Position numbers and translations under genes: made by a program. This document shows positions 52,535-61,905 of a DNA stretch of 64,000 nucleotides, in pieces. How positions within the stretch are numbered: the stretch's first letter is position 1; the number at the start of each line of letters is the position of its first letter. Origin of the DNA: a candidate division FCPU426 bacterium (GTDB lineage Bacteria > Oederibacteriota > Muellerivitia > Muellerivitales > Muellerivitaceae); NCBI GenBank assembly GCA_963796105.1, contig CAWCKJ010000002.1:64001-128000 (forward strand), in the 5' to 3' direction. The notes under the pieces were generated by a model. The model made no database searches. It was given only the letters and a program-made list of their open reading frames with translations, and was not told the DNA's origin.

Positions 52535-53746
52535 TCAGGAAATTAAATGGGTGATGGGAACGGCCCAGAGGTTCTTGCCCAGGGGAAGGGTTTCCCGCCC
52601 TGTGGTGGCGAGTATCCCCATAGCGGGCCCCGCCTGGGCTTTCAGGAAGGCCTCCAATCCCCTCAGGTCATCCTTCCTGGGGCGGGAACCCCATTTGACC
52701 TCTACCGCCAGGGTTCTTTGACCCGATTCCAGGATGAAATCCACTTCGTGACGGCCTTGGATGTTCCAGTAAAAACCCCCGGCATCCGGTAAAACGGCCT
52801 CGGATAAGGCCAGCAAATTCTGCGCGACCCAATTCTCAAGGAGGGCGCCTTTCAAGGGATGATCCCCCTGGGACGCGCTCATACCGGTCAAATGGGCGGC
52901 CAAACCGGAGTCGGTGAAGTAGAGCTTTGAGGATTTCACGAGGCGGCTGGTTGGGTTTCCAAGGTACGGCGGCAGGCGGCGGATCAGGAAGGATGTTTCC
53001 AGGAGGGAAATGTACCGGGACAGGGTCATCACATTCATCTTCGCGTCCCGCGCCAGGTCGGAGAGGCTCAGGATACCGCCGGTTCTCAGCGCCGCCAGCC
53101 TCATCAACCTGCGGAACCCGGCCAGGTCGCCCACCTGGCTCAAGTCCCTTAAATCCCTCTCCAAATAGGTTTGGACATATCCCTGGAACCAAATCCCGGG
53201 TTTTTTGACCTCACCCAGGATGACACTCGGCATCCCGCCCCTGAGGACAGTCTCAAAGTCGAAGGCCTCGGCCTTGCCTTCCGGGGGGATCCCTTGAAGC
53301 AGGCTTCCCAATACAGGGGGGAAGGATGTCCTTTTCCGCGCCTCGCGGGCGGTAAAGGGCTGGAGTTCCATGTAAACCGCCCTTCCAGCCAGGCTTTCGG
53401 AGACGCTTTTCAGGAGCCGGAGGTTAGCCGACCCGCTCAGCAGGAATTGCCCGGGACGGCGGTGACGGTCCACCGCGCGTTTGACCGCCAAAAGAATTTC
53501 GGGAAACCGCTGGACCTCGTCCAAGGTGAGGGGGCCGCCCTCCAGGAAGGTTTCCGGGTCCCGTTGGGCGGCATCCAGGGTGGCAAAATCGTCGAAAGAG
53601 GCGTAACGCCGTTTCTTGAAGGCGGGATCAAGTTGGAGGAGCGTGCTTTTGCCGGCCTGGCGCGGCCCTGTCAGCGCCACGACAGGCATGTTCTCCAGGG
53701 CCTCCAGTAAACGGGGGGTGATCTCACGGGGATGGTAGTTAGTCAT
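52535..53746 (-). CDS. AAA_14 ATPase with DUF4143 and C-terminal restriction-endonuclease-like motif
   Basis: GPRQAGKST, LDEVQR, LLSGS, KLYFTDSGL, EVDFIL, AVEVK. Confidence 0.92.
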   Translation of the reverse strand: MTNYHPREITPRLLEALENMPVVALTGPRQAGKSTLLQLDPAFKKRRYASFDDFATLDAAQRDPETFLEGGPLTLDEVQRFPEILLAVKRAVDRHRRPGQFLLSGSANLRLLKSVSESLAGRAVYMELQPFTAREARKRTSFPPVLGSLLQGIPPEGKAEAFDFETVLRGGMPSVILGEVKKPGIWFQGYVQTYLERDLRDLSQVGDLAGFRRLMRLAALRTGGILSLSDLARDAKMNVMTLSRYISLLETSFLIRRLPPYLGNPTSRLVKSSKLYFTDSGLAAHLTGMSASQGDHPLKGALLENWVAQNLLALSEAVLPDAGGFYWNIQGRHEVDFILESGQRTLAVEVKWGSRPRKDDLRGLEAFLKAQAGPAMGILATTGRETLPLGKNLWAVPITHLIS

Positions 53747-53963
53747 AACTTAACTATAAATGTTAAAATATGACAAGGTCAAGGGGATTCTTGGGGTTTG
53801 TGAATGCCAGGTTGTTGCCTTTTATTTATCATTCTACATTGCCTGGCGGTGAGCGGAAAACCCGTTCTTCGTTTATTGAATCCATCATTGTTCATTGTAC
53901 ATTTTTCATTTTATTCAGCTGTGCACATGGCGCAGAAATGGGAAAGTGGGGAAGTGAATTATC

Positions 53964-54949
53964 CATGCTTCTGTATTAAGTGACCCTTGAAATAAAGGAA
54001 TACATAGGTATACTGTCCGCTACGGGAGGTGGTACATGAGCTACCAGCGGATGAAAAGCATTAAAATTCTGAGGAAAATCCACACGGAAGAAGAAGCCCG
54101 CCAATGGGTGTGGAGATGCCGTTTCGGCGGGAAAGACTTTGTTTGTCCCCAATGTGAGGGCGAAAGCTTCTGGCAACACCAGGCCAAGCCTGAAGTGAGG
54201 GAATGTGACTATTGCCGGAAACGTCTTCGGCTTCGCGCCGGGACGATTTTTGAAAGCTCCAAGCTGCCTCTTTTAACCTGGGTCAGGGCCATCAGTTTGA
54301 TGATGCAGGGCAAACGGGGTATTTCGGCCCTGGAACTGAAGCGGCATTTAAATCTTTCGGATCATTCGGCATGGCTTCTATTGCATAAGATCCGGGAAGG
54401 TCTTAGGCAAAAGGACGAAAGCTATACTCTAAAGGGCGTCATTGAGTTGGATGGGGCGGTTTTTGGGAAAAAGGCCAAGGAAAACCAAGTGGAAGTCTTG
54501 GTGGCGGTGGAAAGCAAGGAATGGGTGGATGAGAATGGTTGCAAGAAGGAAAAAGCGGGTTTTGCCAAGGTGAAGGTAGCTATGGAAACCAAGTGGGAGA
54601 GCCAGGAATTCGTGAATCAGACTATGGAAAAAGGCTCTTTCCTCAACACAGATGCTTCGCCAGCCTTGCGTGAACTCAAAGGAGTGGAGGCAGACTACCG
54701 GGTGATGGCCAATGACCCGAAAGAGTTGGAAAGTTGGTTGCCCTGGGTACACCGGTTCATTTCCAACGCCAAGGCCTGGATCATTGGAACTCATCATGGC
54801 GTTGATGCTAAGTATTTAGGCCGGTATCTAAGTGAATATGCCTATCGGTTCAACCGTCGTCATGATCCCGATTCCTTATTTCACCGTGCTTTGACCGCAT
54901 GTGCCTTAGCAAAACCCATTACAGCACGGTCACTTTGTGCATAAGCATA
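53964..54949 (+). mobile_element. IS1595-family insertion sequence
   Basis: Imperfect TIRs ATGCTTCTGTATTAAGTGACC / GGTCACTTTGTGCATAAGCAT; GAATTATC direct repeat at 53956-53963 and 54950-54957. Confidence 0.9.
54036..54944 (+). CDS. IS1595-family transposase
   Basis: CPQC/CDYC zinc ribbon, GTIFESSKLPL, IELD, YLSEYAYRFNRR. Confidence 0.95.
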   Translation: MSYQRMKSIKILRKIHTEEEARQWVWRCRFGGKDFVCPQCEGESFWQHQAKPEVRECDYCRKRLRLRAGTIFESSKLPLLTWVRAISLMMQGKRGISALELKRHLNLSDHSAWLLLHKIREGLRQKDESYTLKGVIELDGAVFGKKAKENQVEVLVAVESKEWVDENGCKKEKAGFAKVKVAMETKWESQEFVNQTMEKGSFLNTDASPALRELKGVEADYRVMANDPKELESWLPWVHRFISNAKAWIIGTHHGVDAKYLGRYLSEYAYRFNRRHDPDSLFHRALTACALAKPITARSLCA

Positions 54950-55056
54950 GAATTATCCAATTGACACCCTTTACCGGGTCGCTATTGCCCTGGAATGCAG
55001 CGTACCTGATCTTCTTATAAGTCCCACCACGTTATGGCCCTTTACGGGGAGACTTT

Positions 55057-55267
55057 CCAAGCAGCCAAAAACCCCCAAATAGGGTTAAGTGAATTGATTC
55101 GCTGATTTCGTGTTGTTTCCTGAAATTCATAATTCAAAATTTAAAATTGATTTTCCGGGTCGTCCTTCCAAACAGCCAAAACCCACCAAAACAGGGTTAA
55201 GTGAATTGATTCGCTGATTCCGTGTGTTTTCCTGAAATTTAAAATTCAAAATTTAGAATTCAAAATT
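55057..55267 (+). repeat. Imperfect direct duplication (~110 bp) ending in AATTCAA/AATTTAA heptamer runs
   Basis: agggttaagtgaattgattcgctgatt occurs twice. Confidence 0.8.
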
Positions 55268-55318
55268 GTCTTTAATATGCCTCGATTGTCTTTCTGAAAG
55301 ATAAACAGTGATTGGGAT

Positions 55319-55825
55319 TTAACGCTTTTTCCTGGTAAGAACCTTCGATTTGGTTTTGCGGACTCTTCGATGGGTTCGTTTGGATTCACCACTGGAGGAT
55401 TGAAGAGGCTGGTAAACGGCATGGGATTCGTTTAGAACAGAATCGCTTTCGGGATTTATTTCACCGAGGGGTAGGCGCCTGATTCGATGTTGTTTCTTAT
55501 CTACTACCACTACACAGCCGGCCAAAAGGGGTTCAACTGAGTCGGCCAAGATCGTCTGGAGACGGCGGATGATTTCGGGATGCTTTACTTTTTGGATTCG
55601 GAAAAGGATGATGCTCGCGCGCTTTTCCCGAGTTAAAAAAGCGATCCTATTAAAATCCAGGTCGAAGGTTAAGAGGATACGTTCTTCAGAACGAGCTTTT
55701 TGGAAGATAAGCTCATCAGACGCGCGGTGTAAGCCCTGATCCCTCAGATGGATTACGTCATGTCCTTGGCTGCTCAGCCATGATGCGACACGGATATCCA
55801 CCCCCATGTCCGCTAGGAATTTCAT
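55319..55825 (-). CDS. DUF5615 PIN-like toxin (VapC45-like)
   Basis: MKFLADM, GHDV.H, D..IF..A..E.RILLTFDLDF. Confidence 0.9.
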   Translation of the reverse strand: MKFLADMGVDIRVASWLSSQGHDVIHLRDQGLHRASDELIFQKARSEERILLTFDLDFNRIAFLTREKRASIILFRIQKVKHPEIIRRLQTILADSVEPLLAGCVVVVDKKQHRIRRLPLGEINPESDSVLNESHAVYQPLQSSSGESKRTHRRVRKTKSKVLTRKKR

Positions 55826-55828
55826 TAA

Positions 55829-56047
55829 TCAGGGAGTTAAAACAGTATCTTGGGTTAGCCACGCCGCGTATTCGAGGGCTTGCCGGATATCCGCTGGTTC
55901 CAAATCGGGATAACCAGCCAAGATCTCGTCTACCGTAGAGCCAGCGGCTACTTGATTAAGCACTATCGAAATGGGTATCCGCATTCCGCGAATGCAAGCT
56001 TTCCCGCCCATTATTTGAGGGCTAAAAGTAATACGGTCGAACTTCAC
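55829..56047 (-). CDS. DUF433 antitoxin
   Basis: RITFSPQIMGGKACIRGMRIP, YPDLE..DIRQALEYAA; GTG start after GGAGG. Confidence 0.92.
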   Translation of the reverse strand: MKFDRITFSPQIMGGKACIRGMRIPISIVLNQVAAGSTVDEILAGYPDLEPADIRQALEYAAWLTQDTVLTP

Positions 56048-56169
56048 GTTAATACCTCCAGGGGATACCCCCCCCAATGTGATTGTTTAGAAGTCTATTA
56101 TCTCTTTTCCACATGGTTGCTTCAAGTCGGGTATAAAATGCTGATTTTTCAACAAATCCCCTGAATCCG

Positions 56170-56244
56170 TGCCGATCATCTATAAAAATATATTGAGATC
56201 GGTACTGTACCAGCCACCATCAACTGCCTTATGGCAGGCTGGCA
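56170..56244 (+). repeat. ~75-bp double-hairpin unit, flanked by CG/CG
   Basis: Close relative of 133-207. Confidence 0.9.
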
Positions 56245-56341
56245 CGTGGCAAAATGAGGTGATGTGTTTTTGTTTTAACTGTGTACTTTGTGGTTTCGAA
56301 GAAACCCGTGGTGAAAAGTAGTTGTTGTTGCTGAGTCTCTG

Positions 56342-57263
56342 CGCCGATTCACCAAAAAGCAGTAAATGAAATCGGTGCGATACCAGCCACATTATTAGTT
56401 TTATGGAGGGCTGGCATGCGCCGATTCACCAAAAAGCAGTAAATGAAATCGGTGCGATACCAGCCACATTATTAGTTTTATGGAGGGCTGGCATGCGCCG
56501 ATTCACCATAAAGCAGTTAAGGGAATCGGTGCTATACAGGCCGCATGAGGCTGCCAGCCGAGTGCGACGGTTGCCAGCGCATGCCAGCCTTCCATAAGGC
56601 TGTTATGGGGGCTGGTATTGCACTGATCTCAAAATCCTTTTATGGTTGATCAGCGCATGCCAGCCTTCCATAAGGCTGTTATGGGGGCTGGTATTGCACT
56701 GATCTCAAAATCCTTTTATGGTTGATCAGCGCATGCCAGCCTTCCATAAGGCTGTTATGGGGGCTGGTATTGCACTGATCTCAAAATCCTTTTATGGTTG
56801 ATCAGCGCATGCCAGCCTTCCATAAGGCTGTTATGGGGGCTGGTATTGCACTGATCTCAAAATCCTTTTATGGTTGATCAGCGCATGCCAGCCTTCCATA
56901 AGGCTGTTATGGGGGCTGGTATTGCACTGATCTCAAAATCCTTTTATGGTTGATCAGCGCATGCCAGCCTTCCATAAGGCTGTTATGGGGGCTGGTATTG
57001 CACTGATCTCAAAATCCTTTTATGGTTGATCAGCGCATGCCAGCCTTCCATAAGGCTGTTATGGGGGCTGGTATTGCACTGATCTCAAAATCCTTTTATG
57101 GTTGATCAGCGCATGCCAGCCTTCCATAAGGCTGTTATGGGGGCTGGTATTGCACTGATCTCAAAATCCTTTTATGGTTGATCAGCGCAGATTTAATGTA
57201 AATCTGTACCGAACTTTCATTAAAAGTTTTATAGAGAAAATGGCTTTGCCATTTTAGTGGGCA
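56342..57263 (+). repeat. Three tandem double-hairpin units (77-bp period); the third contains the 62-bp element, which contains an inverted 8x76-bp array
   Basis: Unit starts 56342, 56419, 56496; third unit resumes at 57207. Confidence 0.85.
56581..57188 (-). repeat. Eight identical 76-bp tandem double-hairpin units
   Basis: Starts 56581, 56657, 56733, 56809, 56885, 56961, 57037, 57113. Confidence 0.97.
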
Positions 57264-57356
57264 TGTAGTGAAACGTTGAAGTTAATGGTTTTGCTGTTGA
57301 TTGCATTTTTCATTCTACATTGTCCATTCTTCATTGCCGTTTTGTTGCCTTGTGTG

Positions 57357-58400
57357 TTAAGCCGGGATTCTTTGGGATTCCTCGGGAATGATCCTCAAAT
57401 CGAGTTTGACCGATTTCCGGATGATCGTAAGGGATGTTATCTCCCCCAGTTTTTCCTCGCACAGGAGCCGGTGCAAGTCGTCCATGTTCTCCACCGGGCT
57501 TCCCTGGAACTCCACGAGGACGTCTCTTTCCATCAGGCCGGCCCTCTTGGCGGGGCTGTCATCCTCCACTGCCACGATCAGGACGCCTTTTTCAGCGGAC
57601 AGGCCGAAGTGCCGGGCGATCTGCCGGGGGATGTCGATGTTCTGGCCTCCAATCCCGATATAGCCGCGCCGGACCCTCCCGTATTTCATGATCTGCATGG
57701 CCGCCCGCTTGGCCGTGTCGATGGCGATGGCGAAACAAAGGCCCTGGGCCGAGGGGATCATGGCGGTATTGACCCCTACCACCTCCCCGCGAGAGTTGAC
57801 CAGGGGGCCTCCCGAATTGCCGGGGTTCAGGGCCGCGTCGGTCTGGATGATGTTGTCGATGAGCCGTCCCGATTGCGACCGGAGGGAGCGCCCGAGGGCG
57901 GATACCACGCCCGCGGTCACGGTGGTCTGGAAGCCCAGGGGGCTTCCGATGGCCGCAACCAGCTGGCCTGGCCGCAGGGCCTGGGAAGAGCCCAGGACCG
58001 CCGGATGGAAACCGGAGGCGTCATCCACCCGGACGACTGCCAGGTCCGAATCGGGGTCCTCGCCGATCAGGCGGCCGGGGTGGGAACTGCCGTCCAGCAG
58101 GGTGATTTCCATTTCCTGGGCGCCGCGCACCACGTGGCTGTTGGTCAAAAGGAACCCATCCGGGGTGAAGAAGAAACCGGACCCGCTTCCCGCCTTGCGG
58201 GGGGAATGGGCGGATTCCCGGTACCGGGGGTCCTTCTGGAAAACGTCGATGTTCACGACCGCGGGGCTGGCCTTTTCCGAGGCGTAAATGACGGAGCTGG
58301 AGTAGGCGTCCAAGAGGCCCTCGTTATCATAGGGAGGCTGGGCTTCCTGGGCGCGGTTGGGCTGGCGGTTATCAAACGAGAGAAATTGAATGGATTTCAT
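57357..58400 (-). CDS. HtrA/DegP-family serine protease with PDZ domain
   Basis: GSGSGF, LTNSHVV, SDLAVV, QTDAALNPGNSGGPL. Confidence 0.93.
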   Translation of the reverse strand: MKSIQFLSFDNRQPNRAQEAQPPYDNEGLLDAYSSSVIYASEKASPAVVNIDVFQKDPRYRESAHSPRKAGSGSGFFFTPDGFLLTNSHVVRGAQEMEITLLDGSSHPGRLIGEDPDSDLAVVRVDDASGFHPAVLGSSQALRPGQLVAAIGSPLGFQTTVTAGVVSALGRSLRSQSGRLIDNIIQTDAALNPGNSGGPLVNSRGEVVGVNTAMIPSAQGLCFAIAIDTAKRAAMQIMKYGRVRRGYIGIGGQNIDIPRQIARHFGLSAEKGVLIVAVEDDSPAKRAGLMERDVLVEFQGSPVENMDDLHRLLCEEKLGEITSLTIIRKSVKLDLRIIPEESQRIPA

Positions 58401-58595
58401 GACGGCCTCCCATTCCGAAAACAATAGGAAGATGGACGCCAAAATCCAACACGAGGGGTTAAAAAACAGGAAAAATAAAGGATTACTTGAAATGAATATT
58501 TCCGGCTGTTGGTTGGTTGTTCCGCGGTTTCTTAAAATTTGCCTGAAAATTTAGAATTGCCTTTATAGAGACTGACTCCAAAAGTATAGCTCTTG

Positions 58596-59096
58596 TTAAA
58601 TTCGACCCAAAAAATCACGGGCTTTTATGATTTCAATATCTTGATAATGGACCAGCGATAAAAGATCCTGGCGGTCACCGCTGACGATAAACGAGCAAAA
58701 TCCATCCACCGCGCATTCAAGGACGCGGTTATCGGCGGGACAGCGGCTGATGATATTAACCTTCGCGTTTGGGGTTATTATTTCGGCAATATCGAAAAGA
58801 GGTTTGGTAAGGACCCGTGTTTCATTTGGGGTCAAACCGAATTTAGCGGTTTTAAGAACACGCTTTGTTTCTTCCATCAGGAAAGGTGAGGTAATACAAG
58901 CGAATCGACGGTCTAAAGCCGCTTGAATGACCTTTAAAGGGATGCCGCCAAAAAGAAGTCCTGATACCACGACATTCGTCAAGGGACGACCCCACGGGTC
59001 GCCACTTGGGCGGGAACTGAGACTCGCCCAAATACACGGCTAGGCCCGGGAAAAATCCGGGCCAAGGAAGCCGGTATCAATGACCGCCCTAATCAA
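58596..59096 (-). pseudogene. PIN-domain toxin interrupted by a 96-bp element
   Basis: MIRAVID-[insert with in-frame TAG]-TNVVVSG...DNRVLECA...IVSGD..DLL; TTG start overlaps antitoxin stop. Confidence 0.85.
58980..59075 (-). mobile_element. 96-bp three-hairpin element
   Basis: ACCGGCT...GGCC-TAGCCGTGTA.TTGGGCG...GCCCAAGTGGCGACCCG..GGGTCGTCCCTTG shared with 48619-48717. Confidence 0.82.
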
Positions 59097-59332
59097 AAGC
59101 GCTTCCTCATTTCAGATAGGGACTCCTCGACATCAGTGGGGGTTAAACCCTTCTTTTTCAGGCGCTTCGATACGGTCTTCCTTGTCTCCTCGAATTCCTG
59201 GAGGACCATATATTTACGGACGGCTTCCCGGATGTATTCGCTCACCGTTCGGTGCTCATATTCAGCGTGCCGTTGGATATCCTTTTCAAACTGCGGCGGT
59301 AGGGAAACGGTGATGACTTTGCTGGTTCTCAT
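59093..59332 (-). CDS. CopG/ribbon-helix-helix antitoxin
   Basis: MRTSKVITVSLPP...RTVSEYIREAVRKY; GGAGG RBS. Confidence 0.88.
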   Translation of the reverse strand: MRTSKVITVSLPPQFEKDIQRHAEYEHRTVSEYIREAVRKYMVLQEFEETRKTVSKRLKKKGLTPTDVEESLSEMRKRF

Positions 59333-59643
59333 GTGGGTGACCTCCCAAGGATTTAACAGAAATTCCAATGTACTAACAAGTAATACATAGTAATAATAAT
59401 ATCCGCGCCGTTTTTTTCAATAAAAAATGAAATAAAGCGAATAATGCCTGTGGCTGCGGATTTATTCCACTGGTTCTAAGTAATTGTCTTCAATTCAAAA
59501 TTAAAAATTTAGAATTTGGATTTATTGAATCCCATGAATCCCATGAATCCCAGCTAAATGAAGATGTTGGTTTTGATGTTTTTAGTCTTACCTAAGGGAC
59601 GCTTTACCGTGTACCCCGTGGTTCTGAAAGAACCTGTGGTGAA

Positions 59644-60852
59644 TTAGGTGAAAAGCGTCTGCAATTCTTTTTCCCATTTGTTCATGATGATTTTTTTTGA
59701 GAAATGGGCCTGATAGACTTTATGGCAATGCTTGAACATGGCGGATCGCCCGCGCTTGTTGGCGGAAAATTTCAGCAGGGATTTGGCCGTTTCCCCCGGG
59801 TTCGTGGGAGTGAGCACCCAGCCTACACGGTATTCCTCGATCCATCGGGCGATACAGCAATCCGGGCTTCCCTCGAACAGGACCGGGCGGCCCGCCGCTA
59901 GGGCGCCGAAAAACTTGGAGGGCACCACGATCCCGTTCCATTCGGGGCGGAGGGAAACCAGGTGGACGTCGGGCGCGGAAAGGCGGGAGGATAGTTGATC
60001 CCCCGACGCGGGGTCGGCGAAATGGATATTGGCGTCCTCCGGGTTGACCGCGAGCCTCAGCTCCGCCAACCGGCTTCCCCTGGCGCTGAAAACGAACAGG
60101 CCCTGGCTTCCCATCAATCGGGCCAGTTTCAGGATCATGTAAAACTCATGGGCCCGGCCGAAACTGCCGGAGTAAAGGAGGCCGAGCTTGGCCTTGCCGA
60201 AAAGGTTTTCACGTTCCTTCTTATCAATGGGCAAAGGCTTGGCCGGCTCCTCGAGGGCCCAAGGGGTCAGGGTCGCTGATTTCTTAATGGGATATTTTTC
60301 CAACCTTTTTCTCATGCAGGATCCCAAATCCACGGCCAGGCCGCATTGGAAGTAACCCCGTCTCACCAGGGCCGTCAGGGCCATGAGAATCGGGTTATTT
60401 TTTCCGACGATACCGTCGGCCAAGGCGGCTTCCGGGTAAAGATCGAAGCACCAATGGACGATTTCGGCCTTGGGCCTGAGGAGTCTCAGGAAGGGGTGGA
60501 GGATCACCGTGAGCAGGGGGTCGGTGCCGGTGATGATCACGTCCGGCCCGCAGGAGGGGGTGAAGGCCAGCCTCAGCCACCAAAATTTGAGCATCCAGAG
60601 GGCGTTCAAGACCCGGCCAAGGAAAGAATGCTGGCTCAAGGGGGGCCGCCAAACCCGGCGCACCAGCACGCCGTTCAAATCCGCCGGTTCCAGGGAATAG
60701 GCGGCCTTGCCGTGACAGCTTCGGTTGGAGGGCCAAACCTCGACCTTGTAACTTTTTTTGGAAAGGTTTTCGCAAAGGTCCGTGAACAGGCGGGCGGCCG
60801 CCACGTCATCCGGGTGGTAGTAATGGTGTAAAACTAAAATCTTTTGGCTCAT
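59644..60852 (-). CDS. GT4-family glycosyltransferase (WcaI-like)
   Basis: HYYHPD, FDLYPE, LYSGSFGRAH, VVPSKFFGALAAGRP. Confidence 0.88.
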   Translation of the reverse strand: MSQKILVLHHYYHPDDVAAARLFTDLCENLSKKSYKVEVWPSNRSCHGKAAYSLEPADLNGVLVRRVWRPPLSQHSFLGRVLNALWMLKFWWLRLAFTPSCGPDVIITGTDPLLTVILHPFLRLLRPKAEIVHWCFDLYPEAALADGIVGKNNPILMALTALVRRGYFQCGLAVDLGSCMRKRLEKYPIKKSATLTPWALEEPAKPLPIDKKERENLFGKAKLGLLYSGSFGRAHEFYMILKLARLMGSQGLFVFSARGSRLAELRLAVNPEDANIHFADPASGDQLSSRLSAPDVHLVSLRPEWNGIVVPSKFFGALAAGRPVLFEGSPDCCIARWIEEYRVGWVLTPTNPGETAKSLLKFSANKRGRSAMFKHCHKVYQAHFSKKIIMNKWEKELQTLFT

Positions 60853-60945
60853 CCAAAATTCTTTCCGAAAAAGGGTTTGTGAGGCTTCCTGAAGCCCGGC
60901 TTGGGGCAAGGGAAGGGAGATATTACAACATTTAGGCCATGGATT

Positions 60946-61881
60946 TTAACCGCGAAGGCGCCCGGAGTCCTTCTCCGCGAGGAAGCTTTGGTAGGTCTCG
61001 CGGATGCCTTTCTCCAGGCCGATCCGGGCTTTCCAGCCAAGGGCCTTGAGGCGGGACACGTCCAGGAGTTTACGGGGCGCGCCGTCCGGTTTGGAGGCGT
61101 CCCAAAGGGTCTTTCCCTTGAAACCCACGGCGGAGGAAACCAGGACAGCCAGTTCCTTGATGGAAACATCCTCTCCCACCCCCACGTTCACCCAGTCCGG
61201 GGGATTGTCGAGGCCCAGGAGGAAGGCGCAGGCGTCGGCCAGGTCATCCACATGGAGGAACTCCCGCCTGGGGGTTCCCGTGCCCCAAAGGGTCACCTCC
61301 GCCGATCCTTCCGTTTTGGCCTTATGGAACTTGGAGATCATGGCGGGAAGGACATGGGAATCCGTCGGGTGGTAGTTGTCCCCCGGCCCGTAGAGGTTGG
61401 TGGGCATGACCGAATGGTACAGGACGCCGTATTGGGAGCGGTAATATTGGCAGAGCTTCAGGCCCGCTATCTTGGCGATGGCGTAGGCCTCGTTGGTCGG
61501 CTCCAGCGGCCCGGTCAGGAGGCAGGTTTCCGGCATGGGCTGGGGGGCGTGGCGGGGATAGATGCAGGAGCTTCCCAGGAACAAAAGCCTTTTGATGCCG
61601 GCTTGGAATGATCCCTCGACGCAGTTCATGGCGATGATCAGGTTTTCCCGGATGAAGTCGGCTGGATAGCTCGCGTTGGCCAGGATACCGCCCACCTTGG
61701 CGGCGGCCACAATGACCGCGTCCGGCTTTTCCCTCAACAGGAAATCATGGGTTTTTTTCTGGTCCTTGAGGTTCAGCTCCTTGAATGTCCGCGTGAGAAG
61801 TTGGACTGATTTGTCGCCCGTGAAACGGCGCGCCAAGGCCGAACCCACCATGCCGTTATGCCCCGCGATGAATAGTTTCAT
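60946..61881 (-). CDS. fcl: GDP-L-fucose synthase
   Basis: [42 protein letters not shown]. Confidence 0.97.
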   Translation of the reverse strand: MKLFIAGHNGMVGSALARRFTGDKSVQLLTRTFKELNLKDQKKTHDFLLREKPDAVIVAAAKVGGILANASYPADFIRENLIIAMNCVEGSFQAGIKRLLFLGSSCIYPRHAPQPMPETCLLTGPLEPTNEAYAIAKIAGLKLCQYYRSQYGVLYHSVMPTNLYGPGDNYHPTDSHVLPAMISKFHKAKTEGSAEVTLWGTGTPRREFLHVDDLADACAFLLGLDNPPDWVNVGVGEDVSIKELAVLVSSAVGFKGKTLWDASKPDGAPRKLLDVSRLKALGWKARIGLEKGIRETYQSFLAEKDSGRLRG

Positions 61882-61905
61882 GGATGATCCTTGAGCGGTA
61901 TTTAC

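Larger units (their letters stand above)
53927..55082 (+). pseudogene. XRE-family HTH remnant split by IS1595
   Basis: Joined flanks read MAQKWESGEVNYPIDTLYRVAIALECSVPDLL. Confidence 0.75.

Noticed and set aside
133..57263. Integron attC sites
   Set aside because: No RYYYAAC...GTTRRRY ends, no integrase, genes in mixed orientation and units in tandem.
57276..58427. 383-aa plus-strand ORF
   Set aside because: Antisense to the clear HtrA gene; its hydrophobic start derives from heptamer repeats.
58596..58982. Intact 128-aa PIN toxin as in the ORF track
   Set aside because: Start codon lies in the inserted element and omits the first conserved Asp.
59040..59045. Pyrrolysine readthrough of the in-frame TAG
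   Set aside because: The homologous element has TAG in another frame and no pyl genes are visible.
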